A DNA stretch of 64,000 bases from Octopus sinensis. Its lineage: Eukaryota. Below the pieces are notes generated by a model. It was not told the DNA's origin and made no database searches. It worked only from the letters and a program-made list of their open reading frames with translations. Positions 23,832-37,094 of this stretch are shown in pieces. The translations under genes were made by a program, and so were the position numbers. Positions within the stretch are counted from its first letter, which is position 1; the number at the start of each line of letters is the position of its first letter. The stretch is taken from the NCBI RefSeq assembly GCF_006345805.1, contig NC_043013.1, forward strand, positions 48,670,001-48,734,000. The letters are read 5' to 3'.

Positions 23832-24075
23832 CACGAAAAACGTTTTCCCAAAAATGGTTGGTAACATCCTGATAAAATATTTCATTACATTTAAAAAGAA
23901 GATATAATAATAAAAAAATGCCCTTTACACTTTAAAACTCTATCAAACAATTTTATAAAAGTATATGAGAATTATTTAATGCAGTTTATATATAAATAAA
24001 GTGTAAGGAAAGGAAAAAAAGTATATAGGTGTAGACGATTTTTAATTCCAATCCAAGTTGGTACAAATCCAATAT

Positions 24076-24169
24076 TAATTCTACAAATTGTTTCGGTGTC
24101 TAGTTAATTTCGAAGACAAAAACGAAGAACTCTGCTTGAAATTAAAATTAGATTCTTCCTCAGGAATTA
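24076..24169 (-). ncRNA. Degenerate type I hammerhead ribozyme motif
   Basis: Minus strand: UAAUUC-CUGAGGA-(long imperfect stem II)-GAAAC-AAUUU-GUA|GAAUUA; stem I is a perfect 6 bp. Confidence 0.65.
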
Positions 24170-24437
24170 CTAACTGGTATGAATAATTACGACCCACAAA
24201 AAATATAAAAAGACCTTTTACAGCACAAACAGGAACGAACAATCAAATATGTATTGAAGACATTGCTTATACATATCTATGTATATATGAGCGTGTCCTT
24301 CAGTCTGCGTTTGTACTCCTACCTCTTGACAACTAGTGTTACTTGGCTTACGTCCCAAATACTTTGTGCTTCGGCAAAAGAGAGGTAAAAGAAATAATCA
24401 CCAGACTTAAAAAGCGTAAATGCATAGAGACACTCAC

Positions 24438-24666
24438 TTTTTACTCTTTTACTCTTTTACTTGTTTCAGTCATTTGACTGCGGCCATGCTGGAGCACCAC
24501 CTTTAGTCGAGCAAATCGATCCCGGTACTTATTCTTTGTAAGCCCAGTACTTATTCTATCGGTCTCTTTTGCCTAACCGCTAAGTTACGGGGACATAAAC
24601 ACACCAACATCGGTTGTCAAGCAATGCTAGGAGGACAAACACAGACACACAAACACGCACACATAC

Positions 24667-24726
<60 letters not shown>

Positions 24727-24900
24727 CATACATATATACGACAGGCTTCTTTCAGTTTCCGTCTACCAAATCCACTCCCAAGGCATTGGTCGGCCTGGGG
24801 CTATAGCAGAAGACACTTGCCCAAGATGTCACGCAGTGGGACTGAACCCGGAACCATGTGGTTGGTTAGCAAGCTACTTACCACACAGCCACTCCTGCGC
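24438..24900 (-). mobile_element. SINE family B, full length
   Basis: Reverse complement of 36304-36716 with an expanded internal (TA)n. Confidence 0.9.
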
Positions 24901-26858
24901 CCAAGTTGTTTGAGTAAAACCATCAAGGCTGTGCTCCAGCATGGTCTCAGCCCAACAAGAGAGAAACAATGCATGGTATATAGACGTAGTTACACATATA
25001 CAGACAAATATGTTTATACACACGCATATATATGTATATACGTAGAGTTATACAAAAGCAGTTATACGTGGATGCTGTAGGAAATAAATAACGATAAAAG
25101 AAATAACTGGGACGAATGAAGTATCAGCGAAATTGTATAAAAAATATACACAAAAAGAAATAATATAATACATTCGAAATAATTGAAGTTTACCGAATTC
25201 TGAGGATTCTCAACGAATAACTCCTTTACATGTAAGTATAGTAATTTGTCTCTAGTTTTGTGTCTTTGGTATAATTGAATATGGGAAACATTATTTGTTA
25301 AATTTATCGTAAAATTTTCCTATTTATTAATCCAGAGTGTGAAGATGGGAAATTATCAAAGGTTTAGGCATTTAAATTCGCTTAAAAAGTAATAAAAAGT
25401 AAGATGAGTTGTTTAGGATGATAGTTTTGTGTGAAGTCAGTGGTGTTTTATTTTTTCACAAGACCAACTGGTAATCGTGAGGTCTTTATCTCATTTTTAT
25501 TTTGTAATGGCACCTCATAATTGGTTTTCCTTTTGGTTTAATGAAGAAAAAATCAATTATTGCAGAAGCAAAATAGACGGTGAATAATGATAATAAATAA
25601 TACGAAAAGAGAAGAAAGAGAAGAGGAAGAAATAATCTTTTCTTAAAATTGGAGTCGAATTGTTTTAATACAGAAAATAAATAAATAAATACTACATCAT
25701 CTCTTGAAAATAGGAACATTGCAAAAAAAAAAAAAGCCCCAAAAAACAAATCAAAACAAAAATAAAAAAGAAAAAGAAAACAAAAAAGAAAAAGTAAGTG
25801 GGAATAAAAATGAATATTAAAATTTCTTCATTGTCACCATAACTGACGTTAATAAAGTTCTTATCCACTATTATTATAATCAGCTAGACAAGATTATCTT
25901 TCGATGGCAACAATCTTCAAATTACATATATGGTTTAGGAAAAATACCCCAAAGGAGAGGTCTGCATACGCACGTGCATGCACACACACACGCGCTCAAA
26001 CAGATGATAGGAAAAAAAAAAAGAGAAACGTCGATTATTGATACGAATGCGATCTAACTATAGAAATTCTATAGCCAGATCAAAGTTTAATTTCACTAGT
26101 TTCTTTCAAAGGTATCGGATAAAAGAATACATTTTTCTGATTGTCTCAATGCACAAGAACATAATTGATAAAGATACATTAACATTATTTTTATGGCAGA
26201 CATATAAACATTAGTGGAGATGATATAAAATACCCCAGTGGATAAGATTATGTGATCGTATCCTATTGAAGACCTTGGGTTATATACTTGTACAATATGA
26301 ATAACTCTGTATAATTTTCCACACCCAATTAAACATCATAGTCTACGACTATTAACCCAAGATGATCTTAGTCTTTAGACAAACTCTAGGTTTAAAAGTC
26401 GAGTAGATCAATATAATTTAATTATTCTTTTGCATTAATATATCTACCCGATAAAATTGTTTGAAATTGATTTTCTTTAGATTTGTTTTCTATGTGATAC
26501 AAACCTTGTACGTGTAATTTTTCTTATCTAATTGGGGTCGTGGAATAGAAACAGCTGTAGAGTGTCAAACTGCATTGATCAGTGTCAGACGATACAACAG
26601 ATACTGTTGATGACTGTTTCTGTTAATCTTCCTATTATACAATGAAACGAGGAAAATTATAAAGAAGCGAAATAACAATTTGCATGAATTTCTCAAATTG
26701 AATTCTCTTTAAGCATGGAAATAATAGAAACAAAATAGTTCTAAGCATAAAAATCTGAATCGTACGCTGATATATTTGGAGTAGTGTCCTCATCTTGAAT
26801 CTCACAGTCACAACATTTCGAACTTCTTAAAATGCTTATCGTATTTAGTAATTTTGTT

Positions 26859-27065
26859 GTCTGGGGAGAGTCATTCTCTTTTAGTGCCTTATTATTTAAC
26901 ACACTCACCGGTAAAATTTCCACTTATTTCTTATTTTACTGGTGAATGTGTTAAATAATAAGGCACTAAAAGAGAATGACTTTCCCCAGACACAACAGAA
27001 TATGCTTCAACACACGAACTCATATAAAGAATCTTGCAAACCAAATGCAAAAACGAAGTATTTAG
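26859..27065. mobile_element. Hairpin (foldback) version of a small interspersed repeat
   Basis: Arms 26859-26918 and 26933-26991 with about 3 mismatches; left arm and downstream flank are also found at 47221-47425. Confidence 0.8.
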
Positions 27066-27350
27066 TAATGTTATCGGAATTAATAATTAATGTTACTGGG
27101 GCAGATTTTTCTCACTCCGTTGTTTATACCAGGAATATTCTCATAAAATGGTACTGCATGTTCGTTCCACTGAAGTATACACGAGCCAAATGTTAGAGTT
27201 ACGCCCACTAAGTAAACCACTACTTTTAAAATTTAATCAACGCTTACATTCTCTATTACATTGACTTATGGAACAATTAGGTAATAGAAATTAGGAGTTT
27301 TAATTTAATTATGGTTATGGTTTTAATGCGTTTTCTTAATTAATGGTTAC

Positions 27351-27441
27351 CATGTGGATTTAATCCCCAAGCTAGTTCTACTGAAGAGGCTGTCAAATTA
27401 GCGGATGCACTGATAGTTTCATTTGTCTTATCGTCCGCCAT
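27351..27441 (-). CDS. Possible first coding exon of a host gene (MADDKTNETISASANLTASSVELAWGLNPH-G); unverified
   Basis: AAACA-ATG-G start context, 91 nt to a G|GTAACC donor-like site, two N-glycosylation sequons; no downstream exon could be linked. Confidence 0.2.
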
Positions 27442-27727
27442 TGTTTCTATCAATTAGCTTGACTTTCTTTCGGAGGTTTGGTGACCTTAATTTTCCTTCC
27501 TCAAATGAACAGCAATACTTGATTTTTCTATTTTCCGTTCTCCTCTCTAGAATGCAACTCAGAAAGTTCCTCTAGCCTCTTATTCGGGGTAGGGGATAGT
27601 TTTACATTTATATTTATTCTCATAACAGTGTGCGATGAATACATACCGTTCTTTATGATAGAAGTTTTGGGAAGATATTTTCCGAAGACAGACTTGCTTT
27701 TCAATGTTGTCATGATGTATTGTCTAC

Positions 27728-28105
27728 AGACGTAGCTGTGTGATAAGAAGCTTGCTTCCCTATCATATGGTTCCGGGTTCAGTCCCATAGCATGGTATCT
27801 TGGGCTAGTGTCTTCTACTACGGTTTCTTGCCGGCCAAAACTTTCTGAGTGGATTTGGTAGACGGAAACTGAAAGAAGCCCATCGTAGGTGTGTGTGTCT
27901 TTGTATCTTTGTTTGTTCGCCACCACCACTTGACAATCGGTGTTGGCATGTTTACGTCCCCGTATTCAAATGGTTCGGCAGAAGAGACCGGTAGAATAAG
28001 TAAGAGGTTAAAAAATAGCTACTAGGGTCGATTTCTTCGACTAAAAGGCGTTGTCCTAGCATGGCTGCAGTCAAATGACCGGAATAAATAAAAGATAAAA
28101 GATAT
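27728..28105 (+). mobile_element. SINE family B, diverged
   Basis: GGTTCCGGGTTCAGTCCCA and GGATTTGGTAGACGGAAACTGAAAGAAGCC blocks; (AAAGAT) tail. Confidence 0.85.
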
Positions 28106-29600
28106 CTTGTAAAAGTTTTCCGATGCTTCTAATATAAGGTACACAAATCGTGGCAGATTTTTAACTTAATTCTTCAACCTTTTTATCTCTGCTTTTTAAA
28201 ACTGATGCTATGTTTGTTAGGATATTTCATAGCTTGATCATCTATTGTTAATGGATGTTTCACTCAGACACACATCAATAAATGTTTTACTCGATGTTAT
28301 GAGCTGTTCAGTTAATGTGGGTTTGCAACAAACAGATCTTGTGAATCCAAGAAGGCCAGTTTAATTCGTTTTCTTTTCTATCATAAATTTACTGAATGTC
28401 TTATTGAGTTCACTTACTCTAGCTGTACTTACGCTTCTCCCTAGTGAATACAGAGTATGAAGATGTTCTTAAAGTAATTTCCTTAAACTAGTCCATTATG
28501 TTTTCCATCACAAGGGATAATGGTGAATCCATAGCAAAGCCTTCTTCGTACTGATACAGACTATTTTTACACAGAATACCATTATCACTACTAGATTACC
28601 TATCGAGACACTGGTATGTTTCCCAATGGAAGGGTCCGATTCCATTTTAAGCTGAACTGCCGATAGAACCTTGACGAAGAATTTCATAATTTCCAAACCA
28701 GGCATCAAGTCTGAATGAATGGAATCATCTTCATAAATTAGGCTGAAATTTCTTTAAACATTTACATAAGACTGAGCTTTGCGTTTTAGTAGGTTGATTA
28801 ATATTCTACAATAACTAACGCTACGGGCTGGCAGAATCGTTAGCAGATTAGCAGCATTTCGTCCGTCTTTACATTCTGAGTTCAAGTTTCGCACGGTTCG
28901 AATTGGCCTTTCATAACTTCCGGGTCTATAAAATTTGAGCTCTGGGGTCGATGTAATCGATTTACCCCTCCCCCGAAATTGCTGGCCTTTTGAGCTCTGG
29001 GGTCGATGTAATCGACTTACCCCTCCCCCGAAATTGCTGGCCTTTTGTCAAAATTTAAAACCCATATCTACAATGGCTCTGCTCAGTAGATATATATGCT
29101 ATGCGCTGACTACCACTGATAGGTTTTAGCTAAATATCCTCTTTGTGAATTCTGAAGAGATTGTACATATGTGGTAGTCTACTTGTAACGTTGATTCAGC
29201 TGACTGCATTTATTCAATTTGTTAATTTTCTGTAACAGATTTCAATTATCAGAGTTAGATCTTTCTATAACTTGTTTCAGTTACTTGCCTTAACTAGACT
29301 TGCCCCAGTTTTTGAGTATTTCTTCTCTCTTCATTACCATCGATATATTGTCTTTGTCTGCTGACAATATGATGATACCGGTATCTTTATGCAGATTTTT
29401 AGTAGACATTTTCCCTATCTTATGATGTTTGGCTTTCTGCAGTGCTTGCTTTTCATTTTCCGTTTCAGCTTGCCAGCCCTCAATTAGAAGCTTTAGAAGT
29501 TTCACCCTAAGAAGCTACACCCTAAGGTGCGACATTCACGTATGAAACTATCTCAATGCTTGTTGCGAAGTTGAGGCATTTGTTTTGAATTTTCCTCAAG
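28105..29600 (-). mobile_element. Decayed Penelope/Poseidon-type PLE reverse transcriptase relic (SINE inserted at 28826-29060)
   Basis: Remnants IIILSADKDN, RLPHMYNLFRIHKEDI*LKPI, YQYEEGFAMDSPLS and PYIRSIGK match PLE RT motifs (ADKG, LPKIHK, GLAMGSPLS). Confidence 0.7.
28826..29060 (+). mobile_element. SINE family C with internal ~55-bp tandem duplication
   Basis: TTGAGCTCTGGGGTCGATGTAATCGA.TTACCCCTCCCCCGAAATTGCTGGCCTTT occurs twice in tandem. Confidence 0.8.
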
Positions 29601-31877
29601 AGATGATTCACTTGCATTTGCTGATATTGACAATAACTTATACAGACTGTCTATGTAGGAGAGTGCCTTTGCAGTGGACAACGGAATAAGACATTTCGAT
29701 AAAGTGACAAACACCTGAAGAATGTTAAAAACTACTACGGTCAAAACGGTCAAACTAGACAAAGACAATCTGCAAATATATCGATTATCCCTACGATAAT
29801 CCTTTAACTCAGAAATGCAGTCAAAACTATAAAACCTCTTGTATAAAATTAACATTAAAATTATCTAATGATATTGTTTATCCAAAACAGGTCCAGACTT
29901 GATTTGAATATTTTATTAGTAAGATATAATTTCACCCCAAATTATCAGATGAAATATAGGTAAAAACTTACAATACAACAAATGAAATTATATGGAACTG
30001 AATGTAATTCTCAAATCAAGTTTTGGCCTGTTTCCGTTTCAGTACAAAAAAAGAAACAAAACAAAGAAAAATTGAGATGCTCTCGAGAAGAAAATGGAAA
30101 ATATAAAATCACGTTTTATCAAGACGAGACACGGTCACATTTTCTAGTTTACAATCAGACATGTACATCGATCCATTTTTCTAGTTAATTGATCACTATT
30201 ATCATTAGGTTATGACTCGCAAATTCCCTTCCATAATTTATTAGCTTTTCAGATAAAAAAAAAAAAATCATTATCCATGCTCAGACGCTTCAAAGTGCAA
30301 TTTTTCAAACAAACTTCTTTAATCGTCATTATTTTTTGCTCTCAGAGATGGAAATACAGATACTAGCGCCGACCATGAAGTTATTGTGAAATTCAGAAAG
30401 AGGATTTAAGAAATATTGAATGTGTGAGAGATGGTTTTTGATTGATTGATTGATTGATTCTAGTTTCAGCTTATGAGCTGTGGCCATGCTGGGGCACCGC
30501 CATTTGTAAAAATATTGAACATTTCATATCGTATTTTGGAATATCGAGGGACTTAAGAAGATAATTGTTAATATATAAAGTTCACGAAGACCCGCACAAG
30601 TTCTTTCATACAAGCCTGCAATTATAATCTGTGTGATTCTAGCTCGACTGATTAGCAAATAGATGATTATTATTCTTTCATTTGCTGAGCTTTCAGAATG
30701 TTTTATGCAATCTAATGTCGTTTCATAGATTTTACATTCCAACCATATATTCTTAAAGTAATGGTGTCGCGTTGCTTTACGCTAACCTTTGCTTTTTCTT
30801 TTGATTCTTCAGCTGTTAGTTACCTTGACAACAGCATTGCCATTAAATCTAGCGTTAGTGATGTTTTTCAACATTGACTACCTTATATCATTTGGAATGG
30901 ATCAGAAACTGTGCAGAAATTTGAATTACATTAATTACAGTGATGGACTAATTAGTTTTTTTTCTTTCTTTCTATAAAGCTGCTTCTTTTAAAGTAGACG
31001 CATTTTATTTTTTCTGTTTGTGAATATTGAAATAATTTGAGAATATAATGTTTAATAGGAAATTAATTTTTTTCCATATATTTTCTGATATCCATTGAAA
31101 ATAGTAAATCTACTTTCTATACTTTCGTTCCGTTATTATTTGGTTAAATCATATTTTATACAAGTGTCTTGATCAACCGTAATAACTATTCATATGAAAC
31201 AGACTTGACGGTTGCTAGAAAATCGATTTTCGTTGCCAACAATCCTTCTTTTTTGTTTGTTTTATGAATATTTTGTCAACACGCCTAAACAATTTTTATG
31301 CACATCCTTTTAGTTTCGAAGGCATGTAAAAGTGAGTTGACATCCTCCTCCACGGATATTACAGTTCTATAAAATATTCATTACATAGTTTGGGTGTGCA
31401 AACTCGAAAGGTTTTGCTTCGCTGATTTGTTGCTCAAACATATAAGGAAACAGTATTTCCTGTTAGCGCTATTTATATCTTTCACAATGCTGAAAGCAAT
31501 TACAGTATGAAGGAAAATGTAAAATCATTGGAGAATTAAATACTATATACTTAAACCAACGAGATTATTATATATATTTTTCTAAAAAAATCCTGGGTAT
31601 TAATGAATATTACCGACATGAGATTTTCTCAAAACATAGAAACACTAAATTTAAAAAATATTAAGCGGCAAAACACTTAATTGACAAAACAAACATTATC
31701 ATTAAGTTTGATACATACAACAAACAAGTAGAGACACCCCCCTCGTAATCTTTAAGATTACGGTGGCTTAAAACTTGAATTGCAAGATAAACAGTTTCAA
31801 TTAAGTATATCCATCCATCCATCCATCCATCCATGCATGCATGCATGCATGCATCCATCCATCCATCCATACATGCA

Positions 31878-31909
<32 letters not shown>

Positions 31910-31911
<2 letters not shown>

Positions 31912-32163
31912 ACGTGACCGACCAGGCTATCAGATGTTGCAATACATCGCTGGTCACAATGCGCTTCGAATTGTTTTAGCCTTCAAATGACGCCACCCCG
32001 CTGGCTAAGCGAGCAGGCCAACAGAAGAAAGAGTGAGAGAAAGTTGTGACGAAAGTGTACAGCAGGGTTCACCACCAGCCCCCCTGCCGGAGCCTTGTGG
32101 AGCTTTAGGTGTTTTCGATCAATAAACACTCACAACGCCCGGTCTGGGAATCTAAACCGCGAT
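31910..32163 (-). mobile_element. SINE family A, tail type II, head truncated
   Basis: High identity to 21158-21454. Confidence 0.9.
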
Positions 32164-32542
32164 ATATTTCTGATAATATTCAACAATAAAGTATTTGGGT
32201 CGTAATCTTTCTAGTTTTCCTTTCGCTACAGAATTTAGGCCAAAAATGATCAGAGATATATTTGGGAAGAGTGCTCTTACTCGACTCCATTCTGGCGATA
32301 AAGTTTGTTCATTATATACTAATCGCCAGGAATAGAATTTCGAAACAAAGTTCTCAGTTTCTTTTTCGATTATTTATTTCCCTTAATAGTTTGGACTTGA
32401 AAATCAAATACATTTTAGATAAAGTTTTTATAAGAAATAGCTGATGTATGTCTAACAATGTCCGTTTTTACGACACAAACTGTTGCTATCAATCTAGGTG
32501 ACTTACAACCTGTAATTTTATTTCGTGTGTCTTCTAGGTAAA

Positions 32543-32702
32543 GCATAGGCATGGCTTTGTAGTTAAGAAGTTCACTTCGCAACCACATGGTTCTGAGTTC
32601 TATTCCACTGCTCGGTCTCACAGGGCGAGTGTCGTTTACTACAGCCCCGAACCGACCAATACCTTGTGAGTAAAATTTAATGCGGAAGCCAATCGTCTGT
32701 GT

Positions 32703-32769
<67 letters not shown>

Positions 32770-32780
32770 TTTGTGTGCGC
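32543..32780 (+). mobile_element. SINE family B 5' half ending in (GT)n
   Basis: CAACCACATGGTTCTGAGTTC and CCGACCAATACCTTGTGAGT blocks. Confidence 0.7.
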
Positions 32781-34031
32781 GCTTGTATTTGACGCTCACT
32801 GCAAGATAATTGTCTTTGACTAACGGAATAGCTGACTTCAAATAGGCACTGAAATAGATTTGATCTTGTAAACCCTTCAAAGCTATACTCATCATAACCA
32901 AACACCAAGGACCGAAACAAGTAAAATCACAAGAGAAAGCAGGTAGACCTAACATAATACAGGTATTGATTATCTGGAACATGTCATCACTTGCTTTCAT
33001 ATAGTCTCTAGCGATAAAATCGATAACTTTCAGGTAATCATAATAACAATGATGATGAGGAGGAGGAAGGATGTGGATGACGACACTTACACACTTTTAC
33101 TACTATTTTTACACTAGTATAATAATAAGCAGAATCGCGGAAAATATTTAATATATTCGGTTTGATTTATTTTCAAATACCTGTCCATATGATAAATTGT
33201 TCTGAAACTGTAGTACACAAAGTCATTTTCACAGGTATCAACTTCTTCGAACGAGATACTTTTATTATTTGTTTAATATATTTGTATACGTTTTATGTGA
33301 TTGTACTTGACACTACATTGTGTATTAATGACTTGTTCTTGCCCTGTCATTTCGATATTCGTAAAAGCACTAAGCGAAGTGATTTGTGTGCTTTCCTTAT
33401 TAGATTTCAGATGCATAATTTTTAATGTTTTCGACTGAGAAATCAGGCTTATTATTTTTAATGCAGTGTTTCCATACTATTATCCTCTATGTTACTGTTC
33501 TGTCACGAAGAGTATAAGAAGAGAAGTTTATAGTAGTGTAATATCGATCGAAAGATGAAAGATTAAGTAACAGAAAAGTACAAACCAATATTGCCATAAC
33601 TCATTTTAAATTGCAGACATATAAAACAGAGCAAGTTGCTGTATTCTGGTTAATGAATGCCTCAAATCAATAACTCGTTATCATAGATGTCGAGAAGGAA
33701 GTAAAAGAAAACTTAGGCTCAGGAATTTCGATGAAGATTTTTATCTTCTTAGACTTTGTTATGGTTACATTAGAAATTGCTTTAGTAATCGACCTGAACT
33801 AATTAAAACAGTAGTGGACATGCTGAAATATATTGTCGAATGCATATTTCTGAATGGTTGATTGAGCTCTAAAATAAGAGCAATATAATTGAATCTTATC
33901 GGGTAGGAAGATGGTTTCTTTGCTTCAAAACTTAGGTACTTATTCTTTAAGTAGCAATAGTACGTGCAGCTTTTTGGCGCCATGTATTAACTTAGTGACT
34001 AAAAAATCACAATATTTCATAGATAATCAAA

Positions 34032-34453
34032 CTCTTTACTCTGTTACTCTTTTACTTGTTTCAGTCATTTGACTGCGGCCATGCTGGAGCACCACCTTTA
34101 GTCGAGCAACTCGACCCTGGGACTTATTCTTTGTAAGCCCAGTACTTATTCTATCGGTCTCTTTTGCCGAACCGCTAAGTGACGGGGACATAAACACACC
34201 AGCATCGCTTGTCAAGCAATGCTAGGGGGACAAACACAGACACACAAACACAGACACACATACACATATATATATATATATATATATATACGATAGGCTT
34301 CTTTCAGTTTCCGTCTACCAAATCCACTCACAAGGCATTGGTCGGCCTGGGGCTATAGCAGAAGACACTTGCCCAAGATGCCACGCAGTGGGATTGAACC
34401 CGGAACCATGTGGTTGGTTAGCAAGCTACTTACCACACAGCCACTCCTGCGCC
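34032..34453 (-). mobile_element. SINE family B, full length
   Basis: Reverse complement of 36304-36716. Confidence 0.9.
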
Positions 34454-34716
34454 TATCTGTCTTATCGAAAAAGAAATGTGTATCGCATATTGTTTTCGAA
34501 CATTACAATCAAACTCCAGAACATTGGTTATTGGTAAATATACGAACAAAAAGCAAAAAGCAGCAATAAACAAGAAAACATTGCTTTCTTAGTAACACAT
34601 TTTAAGAGTTCAAAAACTTAAAATTACGTTTGTCATTAATACTTTTTAACGTTTAATCATGGTAATTTCTGTCAGGGGTTGCTATTCTCGTGTAAATGTC
34701 CAGTATTTTGTCAATT

Positions 34717-35143
34717 GGATCTTTTCGGTTTGAACGGCAGTTTTTTCTAGCGGTGTCATATGAAATTGTCACCCATAATTATGACCCTAGTATGGATCTA
34801 TTGCATTTCAATCTATTTTAGGGTTAGGGTTAGGGGCGGGATGAAGGGTATCTTTTTTTCTTCACAAATGTAAATAAACCCAATCTGTTTCTTAAGCAAG
34901 GGACATATCCATACGGCACAGAATGTTTTTTACCCCAATAGTGTCAGTGATTGGTTGAAATTGTAGAAATTGAAGACAAAAAACAACAAATATCTTACAA
35001 ACTATAGAATTTTCTCAATAAAGCCAAGAGAAAAAGATGTTTTATAAACACATTCTACCAGTATATGAAGTTTAAATTTTTTTAGTTACCTAGAAATTAT
35101 TTAAAAAAATTTTAAAAAACTGCCGTTCAAACCGAAAAGATCC
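34717..35143 (+). mobile_element. MITE with 28-bp TIR (GGATCTTTTCGGTTTGAACGGCAGTTTT) and 8-bp TSD TGTCAATT; Merlin-like by inference
   Basis: TIRs at both ends; TSD at 34709-34716 and 35144-35151; internal TTAGGGTTAGGGTTAGGG. Confidence 0.85.
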
Positions 35144-35534
35144 TGTCAATTTTAGCGCCATGAAAGACCATACCGTTATCGACAAGACCTATGATCAAAT
35201 GTATTTTACTTGTAATAACTTATTTATTCCAGGCACAGTGAAACTAGGACATATGGGTTTAATGTATCCTTTTTGTTTTCTAGGCGATTTAAAAGATACA
35301 TAGTTGTTACTTGTAGCAGGTCGAATGACTCTACAGCTAATAAAATTTTCATTAGCGGAAGTTGAACACAGAATAGTGACGTATCAAAAGTACTAAAAGG
35401 TTATGAAAATACTTTGGAAGTTAAATGGGGAATCTTCTTGTTTACCACAATCCACCCCACCCACTCTACCAGAAAAAGAAAGAGAAAGAAAAATACAGAA
35501 GATTTTGAAAATCTTTCTTAATTTTTTTTGCAGT

Positions 35535-35755
35535 GAGCTGCAGAATTGTTAGCACGCCGGTTAAAATGATTAGCAGCGTTTCGTCCGTCTTTATGTTCTG
35601 AGTTCAAATTCCGCCGAGGTCGACTTTGCCTTTCATCTTTTCGGAGGGAGGGTGGATCTATAAAATAAGTACCAGTTACTCACTGAAGTCGATGCAATAG
35701 GCTTATCCCACCCCCACCAAATTCGCTTGTCTTGTGCCAAAATTCGAAACCAATA
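35535..35755 (+). mobile_element. SINE family C
   Basis: GAGTTCAAATTCCGCCGAGGTCGACTTTGCCTTTCATC core. Confidence 0.8.
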
Positions 35756-36195
35756 TTTTTGCATCATCAGAATCTGTTATACATATTCCTGGTGGCTTTA
35801 TGCTTTTGACATTACAAATATGAGAGACTACTGTCAAGATTTCAGAAAATGCAAGCAACAGAGAATAAGAATAATTGTCTCGGACAGAAGAAAGTAATTG
35901 CTGTCACAGATGGAAAATAGTTGCCATTAATGCGACGGCTTTGTGGAAATTCAAAATATCTACGCTGAACTAATGAGATATTTGCGCAACCCGTACTTAT
36001 ACCTATAATTACTATGACCCTAATATCATTGAAGAGACACAGCTTTTCACCATCACCCTCCCCACAGGACACAGAAATGACAGTTATCAGTCATTAAAGA
36101 CAGCATGTATATTTGTAAAGTATTTCAATAATTCAGTATGTAATAAGCACATAAATTCATGTGTAGACAGGCTAACATATGTATGTGTACAAATC

Positions 36196-36745
36196 TAGGG
36201 TGATTCAAAAGTCACCATACATAGGAAAAATTTATTTTTTTTAATAAGAAACAGTTAAATAAAAAAACAAACTGATTCTTATTAAAAAATAAATTGTTCT
36301 TATAGGCGCAGGAGTGGCTGTGTGGTAAGTAGCTTGCTTACCAACCACATGGTTCCGGGTTCAGTCCCACTGCGTGGCATCTTGGGCAAGTTTCTTCTGC
36401 TATAGCCCCGGGCCGACCAATACCTTGTGAGTGGATTTGGTAGACGGAAACCGAAAGAAGCCTGTCGTATATATGTATATATATATGAGTGTGTGTGTTT
36501 GTGTGTCTGTGTTTGTCCCCCTAGCATTGCTTGACAACCGATGCTGGTGTGTTTACGTCCCCGTCACTTAGCGGTTCGGCAAAAGAAACCGATAGAATTA
36601 GTACTGGGCTTACAAAGAATAAGTCCCGGGGTCGATTTGCTCGACTAAAGGCGGTGCTCCAGCATGGCCGCAGTCAAATGACTGAAACAAGTAAAAGAGT
36701 AAAAAGAGTAAAGAGTATGTATGGCGACTTTTGAATCACCCTGTA
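36196..36745. mobile_element. Small Tc1/mariner-type MITE split by a family B SINE
   Basis: AGGGTGATTCAAAAGTCACCATACATA at the left end and TATGTATGGCGACTTTTGAATCACCCTG-TA at the right end. Confidence 0.75.
36304..36716 (+). mobile_element. SINE family B, full length (reference copy)
   Basis: Box A and box B head, internal (TA)/(GT) tract, (AAAGAGT)n tail. Confidence 0.9.
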
Positions 36746-37094
36746 CATAGTAAGAAACTGAAGAACTGCTATTGTTCACTATTTCAACCAGACATAATTT
36801 TATACAGGTCTTCTCCGATTTATCACAAATAATTACTTATGTGTAATGTAGTTCGAGGCAGTGTGTTACCTAAAAAATTGCTACTAGCATCAAAATGCTG
36901 CTATACTGCCTATCTGTATCTTCATCAGTATCGTATAAAATTATGCATGGTTGAAGTAGTGACGAATAGCACTTCTTCTGACGCTTACTAAACTCAGCTA
37001 TCAAACAAGAAATGCGAAAAGGATAACTGATGCTGCTCATATATTTCAGAAGAACCAAAGTAATAAAATAAAACGGTACTGATAATAATTAAAG

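Noticed and set aside
26540-26570. GAAACAGCTGTA, a hammerhead 3' half with palindromic loop
   Set aside because: No CUGANGA or complementary stem I found upstream.
27528-30110. Identical peptide SREENGK at 27.5 kb (minus) and 30.1 kb (plus) with four synonymous differences
   Set aside because: Only 7 residues in A-rich sequence and similarity stops immediately; compatible with chance.
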